In this document: piece after piece, positions 43,840 to 53,190 of the stretch
Position numbering within the stretch: position 1 is the first letter of the stretch
Layout: each line of letters opens with the position of its first letter
DNA from: an uncultured Candidatus Saccharibacteria bacterium
GTDB lineage: Bacteria; Patescibacteriota; Minisyncoccia; Phycocordibacterales; UBA9973
Reading direction: 5' to 3'
DNA length: 58,184 nucleotides
Assembly: GCA_964362545.1 (NCBI GenBank)
Contig: CAYIEM010000002.1
Location: 1-58,184, forward strand
Notes under the pieces: model-generated
Seen by the model: only the letters and a program-made list of their open reading frames with translations
The model's database searches: none
Told to the model about the DNA's origin: nothing
Made by a program: the position numbers and the translations under genes

Positions 43840-44664
43840 CTAATAAAGTATTTTATTGAAAATAAATCTTAGAATAGAAAAGATGATAACAATTAAAATA
43901 CCGTAGAAGATTATTCTATCACCAGTAATTACTGAAAAAAGAGAGAGTAGAAACAATTCTATCTGCTTGAACGGTTTTAGAAGAGGACTCCCTGCCTTGT
44001 CTTCTTTTGGTTCGGTTTTACCTTCTTCTAAAACTTTTATTTCGTTCCTGACTTCTTCCCTTTTGATGTCTGTGGCAATTCTTGTATCTTCCCGAACCTT
44101 TTCTAAACTATTAGTGGCTGAAATTATCGGTTTGCTTACAAACTCAGGTGTCTTTTCTAAAATCGTATCTTTTATACTAGAAATGGATGTAGGGCCAGCA
44201 TTTTCAGTTTTATCTTCAACCACTACTTCTGTTCCAGAAACTATCCTCTTAGATACAGTCTGCGAATTTTTATCTGTTTCGTCCTCCGCTAAATCAGCTT
44301 TTTCGTAAACTCCTTTTGATACAAAAAATCTAGCATTATCGATTCTCCCAAATATCGCGTGGCTTCCAGCTGTCACCGTCCAGTCTATAGAAACATCCAG
44401 GGCATCCCTGGGAGGGACAACGAAATCTTTTTTGCCCAACAGAACCGTTTTATCAAAAAAAATAACAGTCCCGGACAACTCCCTACTATTAGGGTTAAAA
44501 ATAAAAGTATAAATTTTCACCTTCTCCCCTTCTTCCAAGGGCTCTTTTGAATACCAGATATTCCCAGACACAAAGCCGGTGTTATTGCTCTGCGCCAATA
44601 CATTACCGACTGGCAACATGAAAATTAACGTAAACAAAAAGATAGTGACCTTTTTTAGTGACAT
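43840..44664 (-). CDS. Secreted hypothetical protein with C-terminal TM helix
   Basis: I use the ATG at 44664 (MSLKKVTIFLFTLIFMLPVGNVLA). The track TTG start at 44682 overlaps the TGgTATAAT box. Confidence 0.55.
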   Translation of the reverse strand: MSLKKVTIFLFTLIFMLPVGNVLAQSNNTGFVSGNIWYSKEPLEEGEKVKIYTFIFNPNSRELSGTVIFFDKTVLLGKKDFVVPPRDALDVSIDWTVTAGSHAIFGRIDNARFFVSKGVYEKADLAEDETDKNSQTVSKRIVSGTEVVVEDKTENAGPTSISSIKDTILEKTPEFVSKPIISATNSLEKVREDTRIATDIKREEVRNEIKVLEEGKTEPKEDKAGSPLLKPFKQIELFLLSLFSVITGDRIIFYGILIVIIFSILRFIFNKILY

Positions 44665-44670
44665 AGTCCG

Positions 44671-44679
44671 ATTATACCA
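44671..44679 (-). promoter_or_regulatory. Extended -10 box TGgTATAAT, 6 nt upstream of the ATG at 44664
   Basis: The minus strand reads TGGTATAATcggactATG. Confidence 0.5.
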
Positions 44680-44722
44680 CAAGTTAACTGATGTTGTGTT
44701 GGATTCTTGAACGTAGGTTTAA

Positions 44723-44745
44723 TGTTGAACACCGAGTGTTTAACA
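44723..44745. promoter_or_regulatory. 23-nt palindrome TGTTGAACACCGAGTGTTTAACA
   Basis: 10-bp stem (one G-T) with a 3-nt loop. Related to 44775..44797. Confidence 0.5.
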
Positions 44746-44774
44746 CTTAATAGGTATTGCCTAGTCATATAATA

Positions 44775-44797
44775 TGTCAAACATCGGGTGTTTGACA
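44775..44797. promoter_or_regulatory. 23-nt palindrome TGTCAAACATCGGGTGTTTGACA
   Basis: 10-bp stem (one T-G) with a 3-nt loop. 18 of 23 positions are identical to 44723..44745, with one compensatory pair change. Confidence 0.5.
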
Positions 44798-44827
44798 AAT
44801 TGGGTTAGATAATTTTGTTTCGTTACT

Positions 44828-45382
44828 CTATAGTCCTTCATCATCATCAAAGTCATCAAAACTACCTTGATGATTAGATACCTTTTTATGGATAATAGTA
44901 TTTTTCTCATTAAAATTAAAAAATCCTATAGCGTTGTGAATAAGTATTATTTCTTCCTCCAATTCCTCAATTTCCGTGTTAAAACCAAAAATATCATTCT
45001 TCTTTAACACACTAAATTTTTTAAAAATAAACTGAAAATCTTTTTCTGCCTTTGCCCTTGTTTTATATTTTTTAATTTCCTCTTCATTAATTTCTGCTAG
45101 TGCATGCTCCACTTCTTCAACAGATATTTCCTTGTCATTTAACAACAAACTATACAAAGACGGAGAAACAGAAGTAATAGAACTTAAATTCTCAAGCGAA
45201 TGGTCGATTTCAAAAGTTTCAATCATTTTCTGTAGTTCTATAATCTTTAAACCAAACTCTCTTTTTTTTTCTTCATAAGCCAACTGATTAGGAGACAATG
45301 TAAGATTCCTCGTCAACCATTCAGCTTCTTGTACGCTTTTTGGAACTAGGCTTTTATTTAAAGAGCCTTCTTGATTTCCCAT
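44828..45382 (-). CDS. Hypothetical acidic protein
   Basis: 184-aa ORF, E/K-rich with a DDFDDDEGL tail. TTGACT-16-TATAAT ends 6 nt upstream of the ATG. Confidence 0.55.
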   Translation of the reverse strand: MGNQEGSLNKSLVPKSVQEAEWLTRNLTLSPNQLAYEEKKREFGLKIIELQKMIETFEIDHSLENLSSITSVSPSLYSLLLNDKEISVEEVEHALAEINEEEIKKYKTRAKAEKDFQFIFKKFSVLKKNDIFGFNTEIEELEEEIILIHNAIGFFNFNEKNTIIHKKVSNHQGSFDDFDDDEGL

Positions 45383-45388
45383 AACGTA

Positions 45389-45416
45389 ATTATAGTAAAT
45401 TTATAAAATAAGTCAA
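45389..45416 (-). promoter_or_regulatory. Consensus-like promoter TTGACT-16-TATAAT, 6 nt upstream of the ATG at 45382
   Basis: The minus strand reads TTGACTtattttataaatttacTATAATtacgttATG. Confidence 0.6.
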
Positions 45417-45444
45417 AGGGAATTTATATATATTTATGTATGTC

Positions 45445-45472
45445 GTGAATTTGCGCATATGCATAAATTCAC
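45445..45472. promoter_or_regulatory. Palindrome S1: GTGAATTTGCGCATATGCATAAATTCAC
   Basis: 28 nt, with 12 of 14 positions pairing. Shares the TGCGCATATGC core and flanks with S2. Confidence 0.55.
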
Positions 45473-45516
45473 AACAAGAAATTTATTGGAGGAGGTCGGA
45501 CCTCCTCTAGTTAGGT

Positions 45517-47211
45517 TTAGTATACTTCTTGCTGATAACAACACTCGCAATATATTATCTCCGGTCTCTCAGGCGCGTAAGAAGTCTCAAATTCATTTTG
45601 GCAACCTTCTTTCGTGCACTTGCGATGCCAAAGTTGTGGCGGATTTTTGAGCATAAAACGTTTTTTATACCTTTCATCTTGATGGATCCGCGGAATTGGT
45701 ATGTTCATTCGACGATAAAATTGAAGTTCGGATGGATTGATTTTAAATGGTTTCTTGGTGATGGCGCACTCGATGGTTTCATTCAAAATGCTATCGGAAA
45801 CATCTTTTATATCGTCGGGGATTTCTTCCGCTTTTTTTGTTGTTACGTATTTATTTTCCATTTTGTCTTTCCAGTTGTAACCCATTTGAAGTGCCTCTTC
45901 TTTAGTGAGAGGAAAAAGATCGTTGATCAGAGTTTCGTTGTAACCAAAAGGAGAGAGTTCAAACGGAAAAAATTCACCATATTTATATACTCTCCCTTTC
46001 TTATCTATATACGGCAGGTCACTCATCTGTTTTTTTATTTGATTGATTAGGCCTACATACTCGTCCTTCCCGTATTGCTTATTTAAGATACAGTATTTTT
46101 TAGATTTAATACCGGTACAACCAAAAAAATTACTGGATGACTGGCATAAATCCGAATACTCTATGTCGTTTGATGTTTGGCACCCATTCATAATAAATTT
46201 TATATTAGAACTTTGAGGTGATCCACCGGATGCGTGCTCATAGGCTGATTCAGCTTCCATAAAACAGACATCCATAGAATTTTTTGCTTGTTTACACCTA
46301 TAAGCAAATTTTGTATTTTCCGAGTCATAGACATAAAATGCAAAATTAACATTTTTGCAATTTCTAATATCGTCGCCGATTGAATTCACACTGTTTAGAA
46401 TCCTGGAGTATTTTCTCGGAAATTTTTGAGTTAAATCCCAAAATCTTTTGTATGTCTCTTGTACGAAACTATGGCTACCCATGTTTAGGTTTTTCGTTTT
46501 CTCCAAGTATTCTTCACGACTATATCGTTCGTTCCAAATGCAATACTGCTTGTTTCTTAAATTCACACACCCAAAACAGTTACTGCAGTTTATACAGTCG
46601 AAAACAAAATTACAATTCATACAATTGGAAGACCAATAAGTATATTTAGAGTCATAATTTTTAACACTACTTAAATTCTCATACAGTAAATTACCCTCTG
46701 TGACACTATAGGAATCCATAATTTCTTTTGAATCATCTATCATGTTTGAATACCAAACGTTCTCGGAAAGAACCACAGAATAAGATAAATACACATTTTT
46801 CGCGTCTTTTATCAAATGGGTGTACTCCACGTTTAAACAGTTTCCTATTTGGAAAAGAGATGGTCTTGGTACTCTGGAAAATAGCTCCTTCCACTGTTCA
46901 AAAAAAGACTTTGAAAAATCATAATTTTTTCCATATTCCAACCCTTCCCAAGCGTCGCTTCGCCAACATTCTGGACAGTAAACCGGGAAAGAAACACCTG
47001 AGTCGTAAGAAGATATTATACTTTTCTTACATAGGTCACAAGCGCGTTTGTATAAAAAACGCTCGTTTCTGAAACATAAACGCCTTACAAACCTGCACTC
47101 CGGGCAGAAAGTAGGCGGAGGCACTTTTATTTTTTCGTAAAATTTAAAATCTTCAGATTCTATTGTAAATTCTTTTTTGCAATTCTGGCATTGCTTAATT
47201 TCAGCATCCAT
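45517..47211 (-). CDS. 564-aa Cys-rich multi-zinc-ribbon protein of unknown function
   Basis: 30 Cys by my count. N-terminal CQNC...CPEC and CDLC...CPEC ribbons. Central NCMNCNFVFDCINCSNCFGC cluster. The C-terminal module repeats the N-terminal F-x-I-x3-[DE]-x2-FY-x5-P-x-P pattern and ends in CECCYQQEVY. Confidence 0.75.
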   Translation of the reverse strand: MDAEIKQCQNCKKEFTIESEDFKFYEKIKVPPPTFCPECRFVRRLCFRNERFLYKRACDLCKKSIISSYDSGVSFPVYCPECWRSDAWEGLEYGKNYDFSKSFFEQWKELFSRVPRPSLFQIGNCLNVEYTHLIKDAKNVYLSYSVVLSENVWYSNMIDDSKEIMDSYSVTEGNLLYENLSSVKNYDSKYTYWSSNCMNCNFVFDCINCSNCFGCVNLRNKQYCIWNERYSREEYLEKTKNLNMGSHSFVQETYKRFWDLTQKFPRKYSRILNSVNSIGDDIRNCKNVNFAFYVYDSENTKFAYRCKQAKNSMDVCFMEAESAYEHASGGSPQSSNIKFIMNGCQTSNDIEYSDLCQSSSNFFGCTGIKSKKYCILNKQYGKDEYVGLINQIKKQMSDLPYIDKKGRVYKYGEFFPFELSPFGYNETLINDLFPLTKEEALQMGYNWKDKMENKYVTTKKAEEIPDDIKDVSDSILNETIECAITKKPFKINPSELQFYRRMNIPIPRIHQDERYKKRFMLKNPPQLWHRKCTKEGCQNEFETSYAPERPEIIYCECCYQQEVY

Positions 47212-47220
47212 ATATTATAA

Positions 47221-47248
47221 ATTATATGCTTTTCGTAAACCAAATCAA
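47221..47248 (-). promoter_or_regulatory. Promoter TTGATT-16-TATAAT, 9 nt upstream of the ATG at 47211
   Basis: The minus strand reads TTGATTtggtttacgaaaagcaTATAATttataatatATG. Confidence 0.6.
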
Positions 47249-47259
47249 GAATTTTACGT

Positions 47260-47293
47260 GTTGCTAATCTGCGCATATGCGTGATTTAACAAC
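47260..47293. promoter_or_regulatory. Palindrome S2: GTTGCTAATCTGCGCATATGCGTGATTTAACAAC
   Basis: 34-nt imperfect palindrome centred on GCATATGC. Begins 11 nt upstream of the -35 box. Confidence 0.55.
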
Positions 47294-47318
47294 AAAAAAT
47301 TTGGAATTTGGACAAAGT

Positions 47319-48002
47319 TTAACCTTGTTTTTGAACAGTCTGCCTGACGATTTTACCATCTTCGAGATACACGATACGGTTGCAATATCTGGAATATTCC
47401 TCCTCATGAGTCACCATCACAATAGTCTGCCCTTTACTGTTTAAATCTTTGAAAAGCTCTATTACGGACTGCCCAGAAATACTATCTAAGTTCGCTGTCG
47501 GTTCGTCAGCGAATAAAATTGTCGGATTATGCGCCACTGCCCGCGCAATAGAAACTCTCTGTTGTTCTCCGCCCGAAAGCTGGCCCGGCTTATTGTCAAT
47601 TCTGTGAGAAAGACCGACTCTAGAAAGCACATCCATGGTAATATTTTTAGCTTCTGAAAAAGATTTACCCTGCATTAAAAGAGAGATCATCACGTTTTCT
47701 CCCGCGGAGAGTTCTGGAATAAGCGCATAGTCTTGAAAAACGTATCCTAGTGTGGAGAGTCTTAAATTTGTTCTTTCCTCTGTTGTTAATTTCTCAGCAC
47801 TAATGCCATTTAAAATAATTTCTCCCGAAGTCGGATGATCCAGTAATCCTATTTGATACATGAGAGTAGATTTACCAGCGCCAGACTTACCCATGATACC
47901 CAGGAATTCTCCCCCTTTAACTTCTAAATCAATACCGCGTAGAACGGTGGTTTCTAGGTCTTTAGTCTTGTATGATTTGTGTAAATTTTTTATGCTAATC
48001 AT
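47319..48002 (-). CDS. ABC transporter ATP-binding protein (MacB/LolD-type)
   Basis: Walker [10 protein letters not shown], signature LSGGEQQRV, Walker B ILFADEPT. Confidence 0.9.
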   Translation of the reverse strand: MISIKNLHKSYKTKDLETTVLRGIDLEVKGGEFLGIMGKSGAGKSTLMYQIGLLDHPTSGEIILNGISAEKLTTEERTNLRLSTLGYVFQDYALIPELSAGENVMISLLMQGKSFSEAKNITMDVLSRVGLSHRIDNKPGQLSGGEQQRVSIARAVAHNPTILFADEPTANLDSISGQSVIELFKDLNSKGQTIVMVTHEEEYSRYCNRIVYLEDGKIVRQTVQKQG

Positions 48003-48051
48003 TTTCGTTTTTTATTTCATTCTAATATTCTATAGAATATTAGAATGACTT

Positions 48052-49335
48052 TTATCTTCCTAAAATACTATCTAACGTATTTTTCTTTACTATCCTCCTA
48101 GCCGGGATATAGCCTGCGATGATGGTGACTAAAAGAAGTAAGAAGAATTTAAACATCGTACCACCCGGAGGTGCGACTAATATGCCGTCAGAGAAAGGAA
48201 AATCTAGCGGATGCGCCAAGAAAAAAGGAACGAGTAAACCATACACAATTAAAAGTCCCAATAACCCCCCTAGAGTTGCATAAAAGATCGATTGAATAAC
48301 GTAGGAAATTTCTATGGCCTTTTCTTTTATTCCTATACCTTTCATAATTCCTATATATTTTCTTCTAGTAACAGCATTGATGAAAATCACGATAAAAATA
48401 GTGATAGAAGCCACGACTATGCCTATTAATCCGATAACGTTCCCCAAAAGCCCAAAAGCTAAACTAATCTGATTTAAAAAGTCCGGGATAGCTTCTATGT
48501 TTGTTTGAATTTTCCCATTTTCTGAAAAACCAACTTGCACTAAATTATTTTTCAACTGATCGGCGAACAAAGAAGAATCTGGCGAAATTTTAATGGCAAC
48601 TTCATTTCCGTTTACTATAGGCCTATCCACCATTCTCCAAAAATCCTCTTTGGTTAAAAAACTTCGAAGCGAGACCTCACCCACTTTTGAATCAACTATT
48701 CCCTTTACAATAAAAGTTTTTGTATTACCATCGACGGTGATTTTTACCTCTTCGCCCGGAAAAACTCCCTCCAAGGAAGCAAAGGTGTCACCGAAATCTG
48801 AAGAATAACGATAAAGCAAGTTTGCCCCCAGTAGAACGTATCCATTTTCGTTTTCGTTTAGATATTCTCCTTCCACCACGTATTTAGATAAATTAGAGAG
48901 ATTATCTTCCCCCAACACATCAATGCCTGTTACTTGAGTTACGGCAACATCTGGTAGGATACTAAAGTCCCGTCTAGTTTTATAATTTGCTTCTACCTGA
49001 CCGTTTTCTATGTACCTAGTGCTTACATTCAAAATTCCCGGCATTTTTTCTAGGGTATTTTGAAGCGAATGAGTGTTCTTGATATCTTTTTCGCCGGCGA
49101 TAGTTTTGATTATTACGTCTCCCGTATACTGCTCTTTGTTGGCTATATTTCCACCCTCAATGAGACCCACTAATATACCAGAAACAACTACGAGATTGAG
49201 AAATGTCAGCATCATTATAAACACTATCAACATTGTGGTTGATTTGTTTGAACCTTTTATCTGCCTATATGCAAGGAACCAACCCACTCGGATAATGTTT
49301 CCAATTTTTTTTATTCTAGTTGTATCCTCTTTCAT
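48052..49335 (-). CDS. ABC transporter permease, FtsX/MacB-type with a large extracytoplasmic domain
   Basis: TM1, an extracytoplasmic domain of about 250 aa, then three C-terminal TM helices (FtsX-like). 427 aa. Confidence 0.8.
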   Translation of the reverse strand: MKEDTTRIKKIGNIIRVGWFLAYRQIKGSNKSTTMLIVFIMMLTFLNLVVVSGILVGLIEGGNIANKEQYTGDVIIKTIAGEKDIKNTHSLQNTLEKMPGILNVSTRYIENGQVEANYKTRRDFSILPDVAVTQVTGIDVLGEDNLSNLSKYVVEGEYLNENENGYVLLGANLLYRYSSDFGDTFASLEGVFPGEEVKITVDGNTKTFIVKGIVDSKVGEVSLRSFLTKEDFWRMVDRPIVNGNEVAIKISPDSSLFADQLKNNLVQVGFSENGKIQTNIEAIPDFLNQISLAFGLLGNVIGLIGIVVASITIFIVIFINAVTRRKYIGIMKGIGIKEKAIEISYVIQSIFYATLGGLLGLLIVYGLLVPFFLAHPLDFPFSDGILVAPPGGTMFKFFLLLLVTIIAGYIPARRIVKKNTLDSILGR

Positions 49336-49349
49336 TATTTATTCGTCCC

Positions 49350-50774
49350 TTATTTGAAAGAAACTATCCTCTCTCCCTCGGTAAGTCCTGTAAGAACTTC
49401 AGCCATACTATCAGAACCAGTAAGCCCAAGCGTTATTTCCCTTTCTTCTATGCCTCCGCCCGGGGACAACACCCGCACAAAATTATTGTTGTCTTTTTTT
49501 TTAACTAAATAAGAGGGAATGGATAGGACATTTGTCGCTTCACTTAATACAATAACGCCACTGGCACTCATGCCTGTTTTTATTCTGGGGTCAGATTTCA
49601 ATTCCACAAAAGCTTCATATACTGGCACGCCGTCAAGAAGAGTTTCGCGAGAATTTATGGTTTTTAGAATTCCCGAAAATTCTTCACCTTTAAATGCATC
49701 AAAAGTTAACGCGACCGGCCCGTCTACTCTAAGTTTGGAAACATCGAGTTCGGAAACCTGAAGTACGACTTCCAAATTTCCCCTGCCCAAAATTGAAATA
49801 ACTCTTTCTCCCGCGCCAGCACTTTCGCCAACTTCTTTTTCGATATTGGTTACTAGTCCTTCGAATGGAGCATAGATCGTATTTTTTCTAATGAGCGCAT
49901 TTATCTTCTCTATTTCTGCTTCCGCCACAGAAGATCCATCACTTTTTTTCGTTAGAAGTTTGTCATATTCGGCCTGCGCATCTTTAATTTTTAAATCGCG
50001 ATCATTTTTTGCTTCAATGTATGCGTTATAATTTGCTAAATAAGATGCGCCCGATTTATTCGGAATCTCTAAATACCAAACAGTATCCCTATAGTCTTCC
50101 AAATCATCATCAAAAGAAACATAAAGACCCTCTGTGCCGAGCGGTGTCGGCTTTTCTTTATTTATGGAACGATTATTCTTTTCTAAGTTAAAAGTAAGAA
50201 GAGTAAAATTATCAGTTGTCACACTTTCTCCGTGTATGATTATCTTATAAGTTCCTTCTCCACCATTATAAATACCTGTTATGTTGGGATAGGTTACGGT
50301 ATAGTTATCTGAACCTGGAACCAGCGTCAAGTCTTCAGTAAGTAAATTCCTGTAAGCATTGGCAACTTTTGCATCTTCTTGAGAAATAATTTGCTTCAAG
50401 TTGTTTTCTGCCGATTTTAAATCGACATAAGATGTTTTAAAATTTGCTTTTTTTATATAAAGATCAGCTAAAAGATCACCAATTTCAAGTTGCGCCAACA
50501 TTTGTCCCTTTTTCACAGATTGGTTATTTTTTACATTAATCTGCGAAAGTCTGCCAGAAGAAGCGAAACCAAGATCAGCTTTGAGACTCGTTTCCGCCTT
50601 GCCAGAAAGCGCAACCCATTGTTTTATGTCAGCTCTTTGCATAGCATAACTTTCTACCTCACCATTTTTTTGCTTAAAAATTAAGGTAATCAGAAACACG
50701 ACAACGATAAGCAATATAAGGACATATTTCCTCTTTTTTATGAAACCCTTTATTTTAGTCATACAAAGCTGCAT
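49350..50774 (-). CDS. HlyD/MacA-like periplasmic adaptor protein
   Basis: N-terminal TM helix, biotinyl-lipoyl-like GRLSQINVKNNQSVKKGQMLAQLE, coiled-coil hairpin, beta-barrel. An alternative start is the ATG at 50762. Confidence 0.75.
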   Translation of the reverse strand: MQLCMTKIKGFIKKRKYVLILLIVVVFLITLIFKQKNGEVESYAMQRADIKQWVALSGKAETSLKADLGFASSGRLSQINVKNNQSVKKGQMLAQLEIGDLLADLYIKKANFKTSYVDLKSAENNLKQIISQEDAKVANAYRNLLTEDLTLVPGSDNYTVTYPNITGIYNGGEGTYKIIIHGESVTTDNFTLLTFNLEKNNRSINKEKPTPLGTEGLYVSFDDDLEDYRDTVWYLEIPNKSGASYLANYNAYIEAKNDRDLKIKDAQAEYDKLLTKKSDGSSVAEAEIEKINALIRKNTIYAPFEGLVTNIEKEVGESAGAGERVISILGRGNLEVVLQVSELDVSKLRVDGPVALTFDAFKGEEFSGILKTINSRETLLDGVPVYEAFVELKSDPRIKTGMSASGVIVLSEATNVLSIPSYLVKKKDNNNFVRVLSPGGGIEEREITLGLTGSDSMAEVLTGLTEGERIVSFK

Positions 50775-50813
50775 TTTAACATGAAAAAACCGTATCGCAA
50801 AATAATAACGTTT

Positions 50814-51329
50814 TTAGTCAATCTGGCTTGTTTTATCGTATCCCAATTCTTTCGCTCTAGCGACTGATTTTTTCAAATAGTAAATCCAGTGACCAGAACC
50901 CTGATCCTTTTTATTTCTCAACTCGAAACTATCTAAAATCTCTCGGGCTCCCAGCCATGTTAAAACAAATTTTTCATGTTCTTCCAACTTAGTGGATTCT
51001 AGATTCATACTCTTTAATATAACCAGAAAACATGTTGTGTGAGCTACGCGATTGACGTTTTTAAGAGGATTTCGATAATGCGCCAATGCCTCTGCTATTT
51101 TCTCAATGTATAAAAAATCATAAAGCCCACTTTCTTCCCTCACCTCTCTTAAGACACCCTCTCTTATATCCTCTCCTTCCTCTACTCCTCCTGAAAAAAG
51201 CCATAGATTTCCATCAGGTAATTTCCCCACGGCATATTTTTGGTTCACAGGATCGAAAACAACAGCGCATCCGCCATCTCTACGCTCTTCGTTGTCTCTT
51301 TTTATGCCAAATTCTAAAATATCGTCCAT
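50814..51329 (-). CDS. NUDIX hydrolase
   Basis: Nudix box GGVEEGEDIREGVLREVREESG. I prefer the Met at 51329 (MDDILEFG) over the track start at 51368 (MCYYLWY). Confidence 0.75.
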   Translation of the reverse strand: MDDILEFGIKRDNEERRDGGCAVVFDPVNQKYAVGKLPDGNLWLFSGGVEEGEDIREGVLREVREESGLYDFLYIEKIAEALAHYRNPLKNVNRVAHTTCFLVILKSMNLESTKLEEHEKFVLTWLGAREILDSFELRNKKDQGSGHWIYYLKKSVARAKELGYDKTSQID

Positions 51330-51407
51330 ATTGTTCTGGGTATTTATATACCATAAATAATAACACATTATATTTTTATATATAAACCTGATTAAATTAA
51401 AAGTTTC

Positions 51408-51416
51408 TGCTATAAT
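51408..51416 (+). promoter_or_regulatory. Extended -10 box TGcTATAAT, 6 nt upstream of the ATG at 51423
   Basis: Sequence tcTGCTATAATggcaaaATG read directly. Confidence 0.5.
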
Positions 51417-51422
51417 GGCAAA

Positions 51423-53183
51423 ATGAAAAGGAATTATTCGCGGATATTTTTTTATTTATGGCCTCATGCCAAAGCGCACTGGTTATCTTTTACGTTGATA
51501 TTTGTGAGTTATGGGGTAGGAATCATATTTGACAGCATTTTCAAGCCTTTCATCTATAAGCAAGTTATAGATACTCTCGTCTCAGGAAATTTGAAGGAAG
51601 TTATTTTACAGCAAGCCATGACTCTCGGCATAACTCTGTGCCTGGCAGTTGTATTACAGAATGTGGGTTATCGCGCCGGCGATTATATGCTCACTATCTT
51701 CGAAAGCAAGATAATGAAAGAATTACACGACTCTACCTTCAAACGTTTACTTGGTCACTCCTATCATTTTTTTACTAATAATTTTTCCGGAAGTATCGTA
51801 GCTAAATCAAAACGTTTCGCCAAATCTTTCGAAACGTTCATGGACATTCTTAGTTTTCAGATATGGTTTTCTTTGGTTATAATCACCGGGATAGTGATCA
51901 TTCTTTTAACGCAAGCGCCTATTCTTGCATATATATTTCTCGGTTGGTCATTATTTTATATTTTAGTAACCTTCCTGTTTATAAAGCAAAAAATAAAGTA
52001 TGACACACAAGAAGCAGAAGCTGATTCTTTGGTCACGGCAAGTTTAGCCGATTCAATATTGAACATAATAAATATAAAGATTTTTAGTAGCGAAAAGAAA
52101 GAACAAGAAAGGTTCGGGCTAGTAACCAAAGATGAAGAAATAAAAAGGCGCAAGGCTTGGATTTTTGCCAACATGCAGAATACTGTACAAGCTTTATTGA
52201 TGGGAATACTTCAAGTAACCATTCTTTTTTTATGCATTCACCTTTGGTACATAGACGAATTATCACTGGGAGTGATTGTGTTAGTTCAAGCTTATATGCT
52301 CAATCTGTTTGAGATTCTTTGGAGTTTAGGCAGATCCGTGACAAAAGCCATGAAAGCTTTAACGGACATGAAGGAAGTAATAGACATTTTCGACACTAAA
52401 ATAGATATTTCTGATCCTAAAGAACCTCAAAAATTAAGAACAAAAGAAGGGAGTATTTTCTTTGACGATATATCATTCACATACATGGGGGGAGCTTCTG
52501 TGTTTGATGATTTCACTCTTATGATAAAACCCGGGGAACGCATAGGTCTCGTAGGACATTCGGGTGCAGGTAAATCGACCATTACCAAGCTCTTGCTTCG
52601 CTTCGCTGATGTTACAAAAGGCTCGATTTTCATAGACGGACAAGACATAAGCACATTAAAGCAAAACGATTTACGAGCTATTATTTCTTATGTTCCCCAA
52701 GAATCCATTTTATTTCACAGAACAATTAAAGAAAATATTTCTTACGGCAAACAACTCGCAACAGATGAAGAAGTGAAGGAAGTCGCTAAGAAGGCTCATG
52801 CTCACGAATTTATTATAAAATTGCCAAACGGATACGAGACTATGGTCGGGGAACGCGGAATTAAGCTATCCGGCGGAGAAAGACAGAGAGTGGCGATAGC
52901 TAGAGCAATGTTGAAGAACGCCCCCATTCTTGTGCTTGATGAAGCCACGAGTTCGCTTGATAGTGTAAGTGAATCATATATTCAAAGCGCTTTCGTCGAA
53001 CTCATGAAAGGAAAAACTACATTGGTCATCGCGCACCGACTTTCTACTATTCAGAAGATGGATAGAATTATTGTTCTGGAAAATGGAAGAATCGCTGAGA
53101 TGGGGAATCATCAGGAACTCATTGAAAGGAGGGGGGTCTACGCCAACTTATGGCATCACCAAAGCGGAGGATTTATAAAATAA
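51423..53183 (+). CDS. ABC exporter, fused permease/ATPase (MsbA/type IV exporter-like)
   Basis: Six-TM N-terminal domain. Walker A GHSGAGKST, signature LSGGERQRV, Walker B LVLDEATS. Confidence 0.88.
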   Translation: MKRNYSRIFFYLWPHAKAHWLSFTLIFVSYGVGIIFDSIFKPFIYKQVIDTLVSGNLKEVILQQAMTLGITLCLAVVLQNVGYRAGDYMLTIFESKIMKELHDSTFKRLLGHSYHFFTNNFSGSIVAKSKRFAKSFETFMDILSFQIWFSLVIITGIVIILLTQAPILAYIFLGWSLFYILVTFLFIKQKIKYDTQEAEADSLVTASLADSILNIINIKIFSSEKKEQERFGLVTKDEEIKRRKAWIFANMQNTVQALLMGILQVTILFLCIHLWYIDELSLGVIVLVQAYMLNLFEILWSLGRSVTKAMKALTDMKEVIDIFDTKIDISDPKEPQKLRTKEGSIFFDDISFTYMGGASVFDDFTLMIKPGERIGLVGHSGAGKSTITKLLLRFADVTKGSIFIDGQDISTLKQNDLRAIISYVPQESILFHRTIKENISYGKQLATDEEVKEVAKKAHAHEFIIKLPNGYETMVGERGIKLSGGERQRVAIARAMLKNAPILVLDEATSSLDSVSESYIQSAFVELMKGKTTLVIAHRLSTIQKMDRIIVLENGRIAEMGNHQELIERRGVYANLWHHQSGGFIK

Positions 53184-53190
53184 AACTCGA

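Noticed and set aside
43840-44664. Calling this gene mreC because it precedes a small membrane protein and PBP2
   Set aside because: The sequence shows a cleavable signal peptide, a beta-rich domain and a C-terminal TM helix. It lacks the N-terminal anchor, coiled coil and beta-barrel pattern of MreC.
45445-45472. S1 as a CRP/FNR-type site because of GTGA...TCAC arms
   Set aside because: The arms are 20 nt apart rather than the 6 nt of TGTGA-N6-TCACA. The conserved part shared with S2 is the central TGCGCATATGC instead.
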